Source: Bacteroidia bacterium (lineage in GTDB: Bacteria > Bacteroidota > Bacteroidia > NS11-12g > UBA9320). From it: a stretch of 64,000 nt of DNA. Below, piece by piece: positions 39,002 through 50,221 of this stretch. The stretch lies in NCBI GenBank assembly GCA_965216465.1, contig CBDCFW010000005.1, forward strand, positions 448,001-512,000. The letters are read 5' to 3'. The position numbers and the translations under genes were made by a program. Numbering within the stretch: the first letter of the stretch is position 1; every line of letters begins with the position of its first letter. Under the pieces are notes generated by a model. It saw only the letters and a program-made list of their open reading frames with translations, was not told the origin of the DNA and searched no databases.

Positions 39002-41626
39002 TTATCCTGTCACAAAATTACTTGCCAATTCTTTAACTTTTGGTAGTCCAGACACGTCTGCTCCTCCTGCTTGTGCAAAGAAAGGTTGACCACCTCCTCC
39101 ACCTTTAACTTCTTTTGCCCATTCACGAATCAGTTGACCAGCATTCCAGTCTTTGTCTTTCACCAAGTTATCACTAATCATAATGCTAATACTGGGCTTA
39201 TTATTGATATCGGCTAACAGTACACAAAACAGATTGTCTACTTCTTCTTTTAACTGAAAACAAAGATCTTTAGCTTGACCGGCATTGCTTACACTAATTT
39301 GATCAATTATGGCATTTACTCCATTTAACTTAGATGCCCCATTCTTTAAGCTCGTCTTAAGCTGAGCCACCTGAATATTTTCAAACTCTTCAACTTGCTG
39401 TTTCAAATTAGCATTTTCTTTCTGAAGTGCTTGAACCGCTTTGAGAACAACACCGTCGTGCTGGCTTCTAGTTGCACCAGTAACTGATTCTAAGATATCT
39501 AATTTCTCCTGGATGTAGGCATCGGCTTCATCTCCTGTTATTGCTTCTATTCTTCTAACACCTGCAGCAACTGCTGATTCACTGATAATCTTTATCATGC
39601 CAATCTGTGCCGTGTTTTTTACGTGAGTACCTCCACACAGCTCAATTGAATAATCTTTATCAAACGTGATCATTCGAACTACATCACCATATTTCTCGCC
39701 AAATAAGGCAGTAGCTCCTTTATTGATTGCCTCATCAAAAGGAACGTTACGAGCTTCATCAAGGGCAATAGCTTCTCTTATTTTTTGATTTGCTAATTTC
39801 TCAATTTGTTGAATTTCTTCTGTTTCGACCTTCTGAAAGTGTGAAAAATCAAATCGCAAATGTTTATGATTTACCAAAGATCCTTTCTGGTTCACATGCT
39901 CTCCCAAAACTTGCTTCAAAGCTGCATGCAAAAGGTGGGTCGCACTGTGATTGAATTCGGTCTTTTCTCTTTTCTCTTTATTCACCTTAGCACTAAAAAC
40001 CTGTTCTAAATCTTGCGGAAGTTTATCAGAAATCATCACATGCAATTGATTTTCTTTTTGCGTATCTAAGATTCCAATTTTTTCATCATTCGATTTTCCG
40101 ATGATTACTCCAGTATCTCCAACCTGGCCTCCACTTTCTGCATAGAACGGTGTTAAGTTAAAAACAAGGTGAAATTGTTTCTTATTCTTTACCGTTACTT
40201 CTCGATAACGCGAGATTTTAACATCAGTTTCAAGATAATCGTAGCCTACAAATTCTTCTCTTTCGTCTTCGTGAATAACTATCCAATCACCAGCCTCTTT
40301 TTTAGCATCTGCACGGCTTCTTTCTTTTTGCTGCAGCAGGGCCGCTTCAAAACCTTTAAGATCGACCTCAATATTCTTCTCTTTAGCAAGAAGCTGAGTT
40401 AAATCGATTGGAAAACCAAAGGTATCGTACAATTCAAATGCATGCTCTCCTGATAGTTTATCTTCAGATGCTGTATAAGAATCAAATAAGCGTAAACCGT
40501 TGTTCAATGTCTTCAAAAAAGACTTCTCTTCTTGCTCTACAACCTTCTTAACAAAATCTTTTTGAGCATATAGATCGGGAAAAATGGATTTGAATTTCTC
40601 AGCTAGAACTTCAATCAGTTGATAGATGAATGGCTGCTCAAGATTTAGAAAGCTATATCCATAGCGAATTGCTCTTCTCAAAATTCTCCTTACTACATAT
40701 CCGGCTTTTTCATTGCTTGGTAATTGTCCATCAGAAATAGTAAAACTAACAGCTCTTAAATGGTCAGCGATTACTCTAAATGCAATATCCGTCTTTTCAT
40801 CGTTTCCATACTTTATACCACTGATTTTCTCTATTTCCGCAATTACATCCATGAATATATCAATATCGTAATTGCTATGTTGCCCGTTGATGGCACGCAC
40901 AATACGTTCCAATCCCATACCGGTATCCACGTGTTTTTCCGGTAAATTCTCTAGACTTCCATTGGCTTTTCGGTTGTACTGAATAAACACGAGATTCCAC
41001 AACTCAATAACTTGTTCATGGTCTTTGTTTACTAGGTCTTTGCCATCAATTTGCTGTCGCTCAGCTTCCGGTCGAAGATCCATATGTATTTCGGAGCAAG
41101 GACCACAAGGACCAGATTCTCCCATTTCCCAGAAATTATCTTTCTTATCACAGAACAAAATACGGTCAGTTTCGATATAACTGTCCCATATTTTAGCCGC
41201 TTCATTATCAGCTTCTAAGCCATCTTCTTTATCCCCCTCAAACACAGTAACATACAGCCTGTCTTTTGGCAGTTTGTAGACCTCAGTAAGCAATTCCCAA
41301 GCCCATTTAATAGCGTCTTCTTTAAAGTAGTCTCCGAAGCTCCAGTTGCCCAACATTTCGAACATGGTGTGATGGTAAGTATCAACTCCAACTTCCTCTA
41401 AATCATTGTGTTTACCACTAACTCTTAGACATTTTTGTGTATCAGCAACACGCGTATTTTTGGCCACTTTATTCCCTAAGAAATAATCTTTGAACTGATT
41501 CATTCCGGCATTGGTGAACATCAATGTTGGATCGTCTTTCACCACTATAGGTGCAGAATCTACAATTTGATGTCCTTTATCTTTAAAATAGTCGAGAAAT
41601 TGGTCTCGTACTTCGGCTGCTGTCAT
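39002..41626 (-). CDS. alaS: Alanine--tRNA ligase
   Basis: DPTLMFTNAGMNQFK, DTGMGLER, HSATHLLH, ELCGGTH; start ATG 41626 (alternative 41656). Confidence 0.97.
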   Translation of the reverse strand: MTAAEVRDQFLDYFKDKGHQIVDSAPIVVKDDPTLMFTNAGMNQFKDYFLGNKVAKNTRVADTQKCLRVSGKHNDLEEVGVDTYHHTMFEMLGNWSFGDYFKEDAIKWAWELLTEVYKLPKDRLYVTVFEGDKEDGLEADNEAAKIWDSYIETDRILFCDKKDNFWEMGESGPCGPCSEIHMDLRPEAERQQIDGKDLVNKDHEQVIELWNLVFIQYNRKANGSLENLPEKHVDTGMGLERIVRAINGQHSNYDIDIFMDVIAEIEKISGIKYGNDEKTDIAFRVIADHLRAVSFTISDGQLPSNEKAGYVVRRILRRAIRYGYSFLNLEQPFIYQLIEVLAEKFKSIFPDLYAQKDFVKKVVEQEEKSFLKTLNNGLRLFDSYTASEDKLSGEHAFELYDTFGFPIDLTQLLAKEKNIEVDLKGFEAALLQQKERSRADAKKEAGDWIVIHEDEREEFVGYDYLETDVKISRYREVTVKNKKQFHLVFNLTPFYAESGGQVGDTGVIIGKSNDEKIGILDTQKENQLHVMISDKLPQDLEQVFSAKVNKEKREKTEFNHSATHLLHAALKQVLGEHVNQKGSLVNHKHLRFDFSHFQKVETEEIQQIEKLANQKIREAIALDEARNVPFDEAINKGATALFGEKYGDVVRMITFDKDYSIELCGGTHVKNTAQIGMIKIISESAVAAGVRRIEAITGDEADAYIQEKLDILESVTGATRSQHDGVVLKAVQALQKENANLKQQVEEFENIQVAQLKTSLKNGASKLNGVNAIIDQISVSNAGQAKDLCFQLKEEVDNLFCVLLADINNKPSISIMISDNLVKDKDWNAGQLIREWAKEVKGGGGGQPFFAQAGGADVSGLPKVKELASNFVTG

Positions 41627-41667
41627 TCTTTTGTCTAATTGTTCTTTATACTCCATCCAAATATTTC

Positions 41668-41675
41668 TATCTTTG
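41668..41675 (+). promoter_or_regulatory. -7 promoter element for the M23-MerR genes
   Basis: TATCTTTG followed by CA. Confidence 0.6.
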
Positions 41676-41692
41676 CATGAATTATAAGGGTG

Positions 41693-41700
41693 CAAAAATA
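41693..41700 (-). promoter_or_regulatory. -7 promoter element for alaS
   Basis: Minus strand TATTTTTG followed by CA. Confidence 0.6.
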
Positions 41701-41702
41701 CA

Positions 41703-42665
41703 ATGAGTAAAGCAAAATTTAGGTTTAATACTGAAACTCTTGAATATGAAAAAGTAACTACCAATTATTGGGCAGTTATTGCTAAAGCTTTGGGCTTTAT
41801 TTCATTAGCGGTTTTAATCGGTATTGGATCGGTATTGTTTTACCTCAAAGATGACAACACCGAGAGTCTGAAAAAGGAAGTTGCAGAATACCAAACTCAG
41901 CTCACCATTTTAGAAGATAAATCATTGGCCATGCAGTCTCACCTTGACGAATTAGCCAATATGGATGACGATGTCTATCGAGAAATTTTTGGAGCTGATC
42001 CAATTGACGATGACGTAAGAAAAGCGGGAACCGGAGGTATTGACAAATACACCTCTCTTGAAGAATTGAGAGATGGCAAAAAGTTTAAGGAGCTTCATCA
42101 GAAACTTGATAACATGAATGCGCAATACAATGTGCAGCAAAAGTCTTACGACCAGCTTATCAAGCTTGCCAAGAACAAAAGCGAAATGTTGGCTTGCATT
42201 CCAGCTATTCAACCTATTCCAAATAAAAACCTTAAGCGTATTGCTTCAGGATTTGGATATCGTGTAGACCCTATCTACAAAACCCGTAAAATGCACAAAG
42301 GGCTTGACTTTACGGCTCCTAGAGGAACTAAAGTTTATGCCACAGGAAATGGTGTAGTTCACAAGGTAAAAAGAGCTCGTTGGGGATATGGTACACATAT
42401 CATTATCAATCATGGATACGGATTTACTACGCTATATGCTCACTTAAGCAGAACGAATGTTCGTCCAGGGCAAAAAGTAACACGCGGCCAATTAATCGGT
42501 TTGGTAGGAAGCACTGGAAAATCTACGGGTCCTCACTTGCATTATGAGGTAAGAAAAAACAAAGTTCCTGTAAATCCTGTGGGCTACTTCTACAACGACC
42601 TTACGAGCGAGCAGTACGAAGAGATTCTTAAACTATCGTCTAATCCAAATCAGTCTTTCGACTAA
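41703..42665 (+). CDS. M23 family metallopeptidase
   Basis: HKGLD, YAHL, GPHLHYEV; TM plus coiled coil. Confidence 0.92.
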   Translation: MSKAKFRFNTETLEYEKVTTNYWAVIAKALGFISLAVLIGIGSVLFYLKDDNTESLKKEVAEYQTQLTILEDKSLAMQSHLDELANMDDDVYREIFGADPIDDDVRKAGTGGIDKYTSLEELRDGKKFKELHQKLDNMNAQYNVQQKSYDQLIKLAKNKSEMLACIPAIQPIPNKNLKRIASGFGYRVDPIYKTRKMHKGLDFTAPRGTKVYATGNGVVHKVKRARWGYGTHIIINHGYGFTTLYAHLSRTNVRPGQKVTRGQLIGLVGSTGKSTGPHLHYEVRKNKVPVNPVGYFYNDLTSEQYEEILKLSSNPNQSFD

Positions 42666-42991
42666 TGAGTCTTAAGCCCGGTAAACTCTATTACAGCATT
42701 TCAGAAGTTTCGGAACACTATGATGTTGCTCCTTCTTTATTGCGTTATTGGGAAAGTGAATTTTCAAGCATTAAGCCCAAGCGAAATGCTAAAGGAACAC
42801 GATACTATTCTACAAAAGACATCGAAGAGATAGGTAAGATCTTTCTACTTGTTAAAGAAAAAGGATACACGCTTCAGGGTGCTAAAGAACGATTACGAAA
42901 CGACAAGAAGGGAGTTAATACTGACACCGAGGTGATTGAAAAACTCGAAAACATCAAAAGTTATTTAATCAAACTTAGAGATCAGCTTTAG
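42665..42991 (+). CDS. MerR-family HTH regulator
   Basis: YSISEV...LLRYWE..F..IKP.R..G.RYY. Confidence 0.9.
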   Translation: MSLKPGKLYYSISEVSEHYDVAPSLLRYWESEFSSIKPKRNAKGTRYYSTKDIEEIGKIFLLVKEKGYTLQGAKERLRNDKKGVNTDTEVIEKLENIKSYLIKLRDQL

Positions 42992-43013
42992 AATTTTTTG
43001 CTATTCTTGATTC

Positions 43014-43838
43014 ATGATAAGGTTTAATGTTAGCAAAGCATTAGCCACCCATATTTCAATACTATTTCTTCTCATTTCAAGTTACGCTCAAGCGATAGAG
43101 CCGCCGTATGACGCAGTTTCACAAAGTTTAGGAGGTAGTGTATCTACAAGTCAAAGCTCCTTCTCAACAACCCAAAATCCTGCTTGTTTATGGAATCTTG
43201 ATTCGAGGGTAACGCTACTCGCAAACAATAATTTTGGCATTTCATCATTCTCAACTGCAGCATTAGCGTGGAATAACACTTTTAATAAAACGGCTATTGG
43301 AGCTAGCCTACATTACGACATTTCGAACAACCTTGGAGTCAGGCAAGCATCGCTGGCTGTTGCAAAACAACTCAATAGCTCCTGGGAAATTGGCATATCA
43401 CTTGACTTGGCCAATGTTCGAACGCTCAACTCTTATTACAGCAATCGAATGCTATTTAAAGGAAGTCTTGGGTTAAACTATCACCCCTCAGAAAACCTAA
43501 CCATAGGATTTTTAGCCAAAAATCCCAATCGAAGCGTATTGTCTTCCTTTCCATTTGAAGAATCGCCTTCCGTATACCGATTGGGGGCAAAATATACCAT
43601 CAGCCAAAACCTTACGGGCTTTGCAGAATTGTCTCAGCATTCCTATTTAGGCAATTCGACACATTTTGGATTAGCATTGCAACACAAGCAGTTTCAGTAC
43701 AGATTTGGTCTTCAGAATTCGAAAATACCTTGCTTTGGCATTGGACGGACATTTAGAAATCTAACCTTAGATCTGGCCATAAAAGTTCACAATCAACTGG
43801 GAGTAAGTCCATTCTTTGCGTTGCACCATGCGATTTGA
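43014..43838 (+). CDS. Hypothetical outer-membrane beta-barrel (PorV/FadL-like N-terminus)
   Basis: Signal peptide, SLGG....NPA pattern, alternating beta strands. Confidence 0.6.
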   Translation: MIRFNVSKALATHISILFLLISSYAQAIEPPYDAVSQSLGGSVSTSQSSFSTTQNPACLWNLDSRVTLLANNNFGISSFSTAALAWNNTFNKTAIGASLHYDISNNLGVRQASLAVAKQLNSSWEIGISLDLANVRTLNSYYSNRMLFKGSLGLNYHPSENLTIGFLAKNPNRSVLSSFPFEESPSVYRLGAKYTISQNLTGFAELSQHSYLGNSTHFGLALQHKQFQYRFGLQNSKIPCFGIGRTFRNLTLDLAIKVHNQLGVSPFFALHHAI

Positions 43839-45804
43839 ATTTATTTGTATTCTCTTTTTGAGCTGCTCTATATCATTCGCACAGAACCAAGAAGAATTTA
43901 TACAAGATTGGATGAATGAACTGAGCATTGAATCAGAAGAGCTCAATTATGAGTATTTAATTGTTGAGCTCGAAGAATATTTAAATCACCCCCTCAACCT
44001 AAATAAGGCATCTAAAGAAAAGCTAGAATCTTCACCGTTCTTCAATTCTAGGCAAGCTAATACAATCTTAGAATATAGAGCTGAGCATGGAGATATCTTG
44101 TCGATGTATGAACTTTTACAAATGGATTTCGACGCCAAAACAATCAATCGGCTTAAACCTTTTGTTGTGGTAGATAGAAAGGTTCAAACTTTCAAAGCGG
44201 TGAATGAACTCACCACATTCTCTCGTATAAAGCTCCCTGTGCCAGCAGGCTATTCCAAATTTAATGGATATGTCGGTTCTCCAATTGCACTTTCAACGCG
44301 ATACAGATATCAAAATGAAAAGGGAATACAATTTGGAATGAACGTAGAAAAAGATCTTGGTGAAAAACTTATCTCAAGCAGAACTTCATTAATTGATTAT
44401 GTTGGAATTTACGGGGTTGTTCACCATCAAAAAACCACAATATACCTCGGCCGGTTTCATGCCAATTTTGGACAAGGGTTATGTTTGGGTACAGGGTACG
44501 CCGCAGCTAAATCTGGAATAGTTACTTGCTCTAAACGCGTAACAAATGGCTTTGACGCTTATCGCTCTTTTGGAGAAAACAATGGTTTAAATGGATTTGC
44601 TCTTAGTCATAAGTTGAAAAGAATAAGACTTGATGCTTTTATCTCATACCAAAAGCTTGACGCTACGGTAAACGATGACTATCAATCAATTCGTCGACTA
44701 ATTGAAGGAGGAGGATACCACCGCACGGAAAGCGAACTAAATCAGCATAACACTGCAAGATCCAAACAGCTTGGGGTTAATTTTTCATACAACAATTCAT
44801 CATATCATATTGGAATGGTTGCCAATTGGAGAACGTTTAATTTACCTATACTTCCATCCATTGAACTTCACAACCAAGATGTTTTTAGGGGCAAATCTTA
44901 TCTTAAAATTAGTAGTTACTTCGATAAAGCATGGCGAAATGTTAATTTTTATGGAGAGCTAACATCTCACAAGCTTGGCTCCTATTCTTTTTGTTCTGGA
45001 GCACTCATAAGTCTTGGTCAACATTTAGACATTTGCTCAGTTATTCGAAGGTATAGTGCGGACAACGTAACCTATCAATCAAATGGATTTGGAGAAAATT
45101 CTAAAAACACCAATGAACAAGGCTGGTACAATGGCTTTCAATTAAAAGTTAATCGTATTCAAATTAGTGGCTTTATCGATTTGTATCGATTCGACAAAAT
45201 CAAATACAGCATTCCTGCTCCAAGTTTTGGAAATGACACCTGGTTAGAGGTTGGTTATAAAGCTTCAAAAAATCTTTCATTGCAGTTTAGACGGCGAGAT
45301 GAATGGACAATCTCAAAGGTCACTGGAAGTGTGCAACCTCGAACCAAAAATGCTAATCGACTCCATTTAAATTATTGGATTAACCAAAATCTTCAGATTC
45401 GATCAAGAATAGAATGGAATAAGCTCATCGCTGCGAACATGAGCCAAGGTAGCGTCATTTATTCTGAGGTGATTTATAGGCCAGCTCGAGTGGTACAAGC
45501 CGTTTCATTACGTATTTCGAATGGTGTAGTTGACCAATGGGACAATCGGATTTATAGTTTTGAACGTGTCCCTTTATACAATTACCCTTTGCACGCTCAT
45601 GGATTTACGGGAATGCGAACCTACGTATTGGTACAATACAGCTTATTTAAAAAGCTAAAAGTTTGGACCAAACTGAGTATTAGTCAGCATGCTCAGAATC
45701 TTAAGAGCCTAGATAACAATGTGAGTATTGGTTCAGGGAATGAGAAAATCAATGGAAACATTAAAAAGGACTTTACTTTGCAGCTTAAATATTCGTTCGA
45801 ATGA
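43828..45804 (+). CDS. Helix-hairpin-helix (ComEA-like) domain protein with C-terminal beta-barrel
   Basis: PLNLNKASKEKL...ILEYRAEHG.I.S.YEL; C-terminus LQLKYSFE. Confidence 0.75.
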   Translation: MRFEFICILFLSCSISFAQNQEEFIQDWMNELSIESEELNYEYLIVELEEYLNHPLNLNKASKEKLESSPFFNSRQANTILEYRAEHGDILSMYELLQMDFDAKTINRLKPFVVVDRKVQTFKAVNELTTFSRIKLPVPAGYSKFNGYVGSPIALSTRYRYQNEKGIQFGMNVEKDLGEKLISSRTSLIDYVGIYGVVHHQKTTIYLGRFHANFGQGLCLGTGYAAAKSGIVTCSKRVTNGFDAYRSFGENNGLNGFALSHKLKRIRLDAFISYQKLDATVNDDYQSIRRLIEGGGYHRTESELNQHNTARSKQLGVNFSYNNSSYHIGMVANWRTFNLPILPSIELHNQDVFRGKSYLKISSYFDKAWRNVNFYGELTSHKLGSYSFCSGALISLGQHLDICSVIRRYSADNVTYQSNGFGENSKNTNEQGWYNGFQLKVNRIQISGFIDLYRFDKIKYSIPAPSFGNDTWLEVGYKASKNLSLQFRRRDEWTISKVTGSVQPRTKNANRLHLNYWINQNLQIRSRIEWNKLIAANMSQGSVIYSEVIYRPARVVQAVSLRISNGVVDQWDNRIYSFERVPLYNYPLHAHGFTGMRTYVLVQYSLFKKLKVWTKLSISQHAQNLKSLDNNVSIGSGNEKINGNIKKDFTLQLKYSFE

Positions 45805-46520
45805 CAAAACTTAGTGTTAACATCAATAAGATTGCGACTATCCGCAACGCACGAGGGGGAGAATTACCAAGTGTTGTAGAAGCGGCACGTTCCTGTGAAA
45901 ACTTTGGGGCAGAAGGAATAACCATCCATCCTAGGCCCGATGAGCGACACATTACACGTAAAGATGTTTATGATTTGAGCAAAATCGTCAAAACCGAATT
46001 CAATATTGAAGGTTACCCTTCGAATGAATTTATTGAAATGGTATTAGAAGTTAAACCAACTCAAGTTACATTGGTTCCTGACGGGCCTGATGTGCTAACG
46101 AGCAATGCAGGCTGGGATTGTATCGAACATCAAGAGTTTTTGAACCCAATCATCAAGACGTTTAAGGAAGCAGGCATTCGCGTATCCGTATTTTTAAATC
46201 CTGTTGTTAAACAGGTAGATGCAGCTTTGGCTTGTGGAACTGACAGAATAGAACTTTATACGGAAGCATTTGCATCGGAGTATTCTGCTGACAAAAGCAG
46301 GGCAATTGCTCCTTATGTGAAAGCCGCTGAACGGGCTAAAGAAATTGGCTTAGGCTTAAATGCAGGCCACGATTTAAGTTTAGAAAATTTGAATTATTTT
46401 GCTGCTAACATACCAAACTTGCTGGAAGTTTCAATAGGACATGCACTAATTAGTGACGCACTATATTACGGTTTGAATAACACCGTACAGATGTATAAGC
46501 AAGAATTAAAGGTGGTTTAG
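45801..46520 (+). CDS. pdxJ: Pyridoxine 5'-phosphate synthase
   Basis: LSVNINKIATIRNAR, HPRPDERH, IELYT, NAGHDL, EVSIGHA. Confidence 0.96.
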   Translation: MTKLSVNINKIATIRNARGGELPSVVEAARSCENFGAEGITIHPRPDERHITRKDVYDLSKIVKTEFNIEGYPSNEFIEMVLEVKPTQVTLVPDGPDVLTSNAGWDCIEHQEFLNPIIKTFKEAGIRVSVFLNPVVKQVDAALACGTDRIELYTEAFASEYSADKSRAIAPYVKAAERAKEIGLGLNAGHDLSLENLNYFAANIPNLLEVSIGHALISDALYYGLNNTVQMYKQELKVV

Positions 46521-46855
46521 CGATTGCGAAGCTGCTCGTATACTTTTTCTAAGGTGTCGCTAAGTGTAAAATACAATTCTGGAATTTGTTCAAGGTTGGT
46601 TTCCGTTTTGGCGTTTCCTTCAATTCCTCGTACTACATCATGCAAAGATTGAATTCCCATCATATCGACCGATGGTTTCATTTTGTGTGCTGCAGCTCTA
46701 ACTTCTGCCCAATCTTGTATTTGCAATCCAGCTTCAATGCGAGCTACCAGATCTGGCGTCATGTCTAAAAACATGTTAACCATTTTGGTTACGAAATCTT
46801 CATTACCAGCTGCTATTGTCGTTAGTTGACTTAAGTCGTATAATTTTTCTTCCAT
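46517..46855 (-). CDS. Stand-alone Hpt (histidine phosphotransfer) protein
   Basis: AAHKMKPS..MMG Hpt motif. Confidence 0.88.
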   Translation of the reverse strand: MEEKLYDLSQLTTIAAGNEDFVTKMVNMFLDMTPDLVARIEAGLQIQDWAEVRAAAHKMKPSVDMMGIQSLHDVVRGIEGNAKTETNLEQIPELYFTLSDTLEKVYEQLRNR

Positions 46856-46875
46856 TTATATAATAACCTCAGAAA

Positions 46876-48222
46876 TTAGACTACGCGTTCTTGTAACATT
46901 CTATAAATGGTTGATTTACCAATATCTAGTTTCTTAGCTACATTAACAACGTCGTTATTGTATTTATCGAGGTAGTGCTTCACAATTCTGTTTTTATATT
47001 CTTCGAGAGACATTTCGTTTTGCAACAAGGTGTCGATTGACCCGGTTGAGTTAAACGTAATATGTTCTTCTTCAATTGTATCTGTATCGGTCATTACACA
47101 GCTTAATTCTGTAACGGCTTTAAGCTCTCTAATATTACCCGGCCATGGATATTTGAAAAGTTTATTCTGTGCCTTACTTGACAGTTTAAGTTTACCCAAT
47201 TCATTTTCTTTCGCGTATTCCTCAATGAAGTGTTTCGAAAGAACAAGAACATCATTTCCTCTTTCTCTTAATGGAGGAAGGCTAATTGGTAATCCAAGCA
47301 GACGGTAGTAAAGGTCTTCTCTGAAGTTTCCTTTTCTTACTTCTTCGGCAAGATCTTTATGTGTTGCACTGATTACTCGGCATTTAACTTTTACGGTTCC
47401 GTTGCCACCCACTCGGGTCAATTCTCTTTCTTGAAGAACACGCAGTAGCTTAGACTGCATATTGATATCCATTTCACCAATCTCGTCTAAGAAAATTGTT
47501 CCCTCACCTGCTTCTTCAAACTTTCCTACTCTTCGTGAAACAGCACCCGTAAATGCTCCTTTCTCGTGACCAAACAATTCTGATTCAATCAATTCGCTTG
47601 GAATTGCTGTAATATTTACAGCGATAAATGGCTTTTTAGCTCTTGGCGAGTTGTAGTGCACCGATTTGGCCACAACTTCCTTACCTGTTCCTGTTTCTCC
47701 GGTTATAGATATAGTGATATTCGACTTCACTGCTTTTTCGATCATAGCGAAGACCTTCTTCATTGAAGGACTGTTTCCTATAATGCTCGTGGTAAAGTCA
47801 TATTTCTTCTTAACCTGTTGTTTCAGTTCAGATATTTCTTTACGCAATCCTTCTTTTTCACGAATGTTACGAATGGCGTTCCAAATACGATCTTTGGTAT
47901 CCTCATCTTTAACAATGTAGTCGTAAGCTCCTTCTTGAAGCAAAGAGATCGCTGTTTTAATATCTTCCTGACCAGAAATAATTACAACTGGAATATCAGA
48001 ATTGTATTCTTTAATTTTACGCAATACCTCCTCACCTGAAATATCGGGTAAAGAATAATCGAGGGTAACTGCTCCTGGATTCTTGTCTAGATTCTTTAGA
48101 AAGTCTTCACCATTGGTGAATTTAGTAACTGTAATATCGGGATTGAGAGATAAGTGATATTCAAGGACTTCACTGTAAAATTCATCATCTTCGACAACAA
48201 ATACGCTGAAATTTTCTGCCAT
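46876..48222 (-). CDS. Sigma-54-dependent response regulator (NtrC family: REC-AAA+-Fis HTH)
   Basis: VVEDD, TLDY, GETGTGKE, ELFGHEKGAFTGA, FLDEIGE, WPGNIREL, LDIGKSTIYR; start ATG 48222. Confidence 0.95.
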   Translation of the reverse strand: MAENFSVFVVEDDEFYSEVLEYHLSLNPDITVTKFTNGEDFLKNLDKNPGAVTLDYSLPDISGEEVLRKIKEYNSDIPVVIISGQEDIKTAISLLQEGAYDYIVKDEDTKDRIWNAIRNIREKEGLRKEISELKQQVKKKYDFTTSIIGNSPSMKKVFAMIEKAVKSNITISITGETGTGKEVVAKSVHYNSPRAKKPFIAVNITAIPSELIESELFGHEKGAFTGAVSRRVGKFEEAGEGTIFLDEIGEMDINMQSKLLRVLQERELTRVGGNGTVKVKCRVISATHKDLAEEVRKGNFREDLYYRLLGLPISLPPLRERGNDVLVLSKHFIEEYAKENELGKLKLSSKAQNKLFKYPWPGNIRELKAVTELSCVMTDTDTIEEEHITFNSTGSIDTLLQNEMSLEEYKNRIVKHYLDKYNNDVVNVAKKLDIGKSTIYRMLQERVV

Positions 48223-48241
48223 AACGTGTAGTTTATTGACG

Positions 48242-48281
48242 CAAATATAATCTATTTTTTGGATTTTGTCTAATTTTTGGA
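48242..48281 (-). promoter_or_regulatory. -7 element of the sigma-54 activator gene plus two tandem operator-like boxes
   Basis: TATATTTG on minus strand (48242-48249); TCTATTTTTTGGA (48251-48263) and TCTAATTTTTGGA (48269-48281), 18-bp period. Confidence 0.6.
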
Positions 48282-48340
48282 AATTTCTTTCAAAATTACT
48301 CATAAACAAAATGCTATTTAGAATCAGTCTACATAAGTAG

Positions 48341-49887
<1,547 letters not shown>

Positions 49888-49888
<1 letters not shown>

Positions 49889-50118
49889 TGATTGTAGAAG
49901 TTATAACACCAGATAAAGTACTATTCTCTGGAGAAGCTGTTTCTATCAAGCTTCCTGGAAGTGGTGGTGCTTTCGAAGCATTGGCCAACCACGCCCCGCT
50001 TATCTCAAGCTTAGATAAGGGAAATGTTGTGGTTAAGACTGATTCCGGTGAAGAAACTTTTGAAGTATCTGGCGGAATTGTAGAAGTTCTAAACAACAAG
50101 GTTGTTGTTTTAGCATAA
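49888..50118 (+). CDS. atpC: ATP synthase F1 epsilon subunit (short form)
   Basis: VITPD, LPG..G.FEALANHAPLIS, VSGGIVEV; TAATG coupling to atpD. Confidence 0.93.
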
Positions 50119-50131
50119 CTTTAATAAACTT

Positions 50132-50178
50132 TCCAGACCTCAGCGTCTGGACATAAAATCCAGGCCTTAGCGTCTGGA
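50132..50178 (+). repeat. Tandem 20-bp palindromic repeat, 2 copies, 27-bp period
   Basis: TCCAGACCTCAGCGTCTGGA (50132-50151) and TCCAGGCCTTAGCGTCTGGA (50159-50178), 18/20 identical. Confidence 0.85.
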
Positions 50179-50186
50179 TTTTTTTT
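50155..50186 (+). terminator. Intrinsic terminator of atpDC
   Basis: AAAATCCAG...CTGGA stem followed by T8. Confidence 0.85.
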
Positions 50187-50190
50187 GCTC

Positions 50191-50221
50191 AAAGAAAAAG
50201 GCCCAAGTAAACTTGGGCCTT
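50191..50221 (-). terminator. Intrinsic terminator on the minus strand (end of candidate sRNA)
   Basis: Minus strand AAGGCCCAAG-TTTA-CTTGGGCCTT then TTTCTTT. Confidence 0.85.

Noticed and set aside
41657-41764. Long N-terminal extensions in the ORF track (alaS; also 48223-48309, 32797-32841, 32855-32929, 56007-56102)
   Set aside because: Most overlap promoters or divergent genes and all precede the conserved N-termini; downstream starts chosen instead.
50132-50178. Mini CRISPR array
   Set aside because: Only two 20-bp units with a 7-bp spacer and no cas genes.
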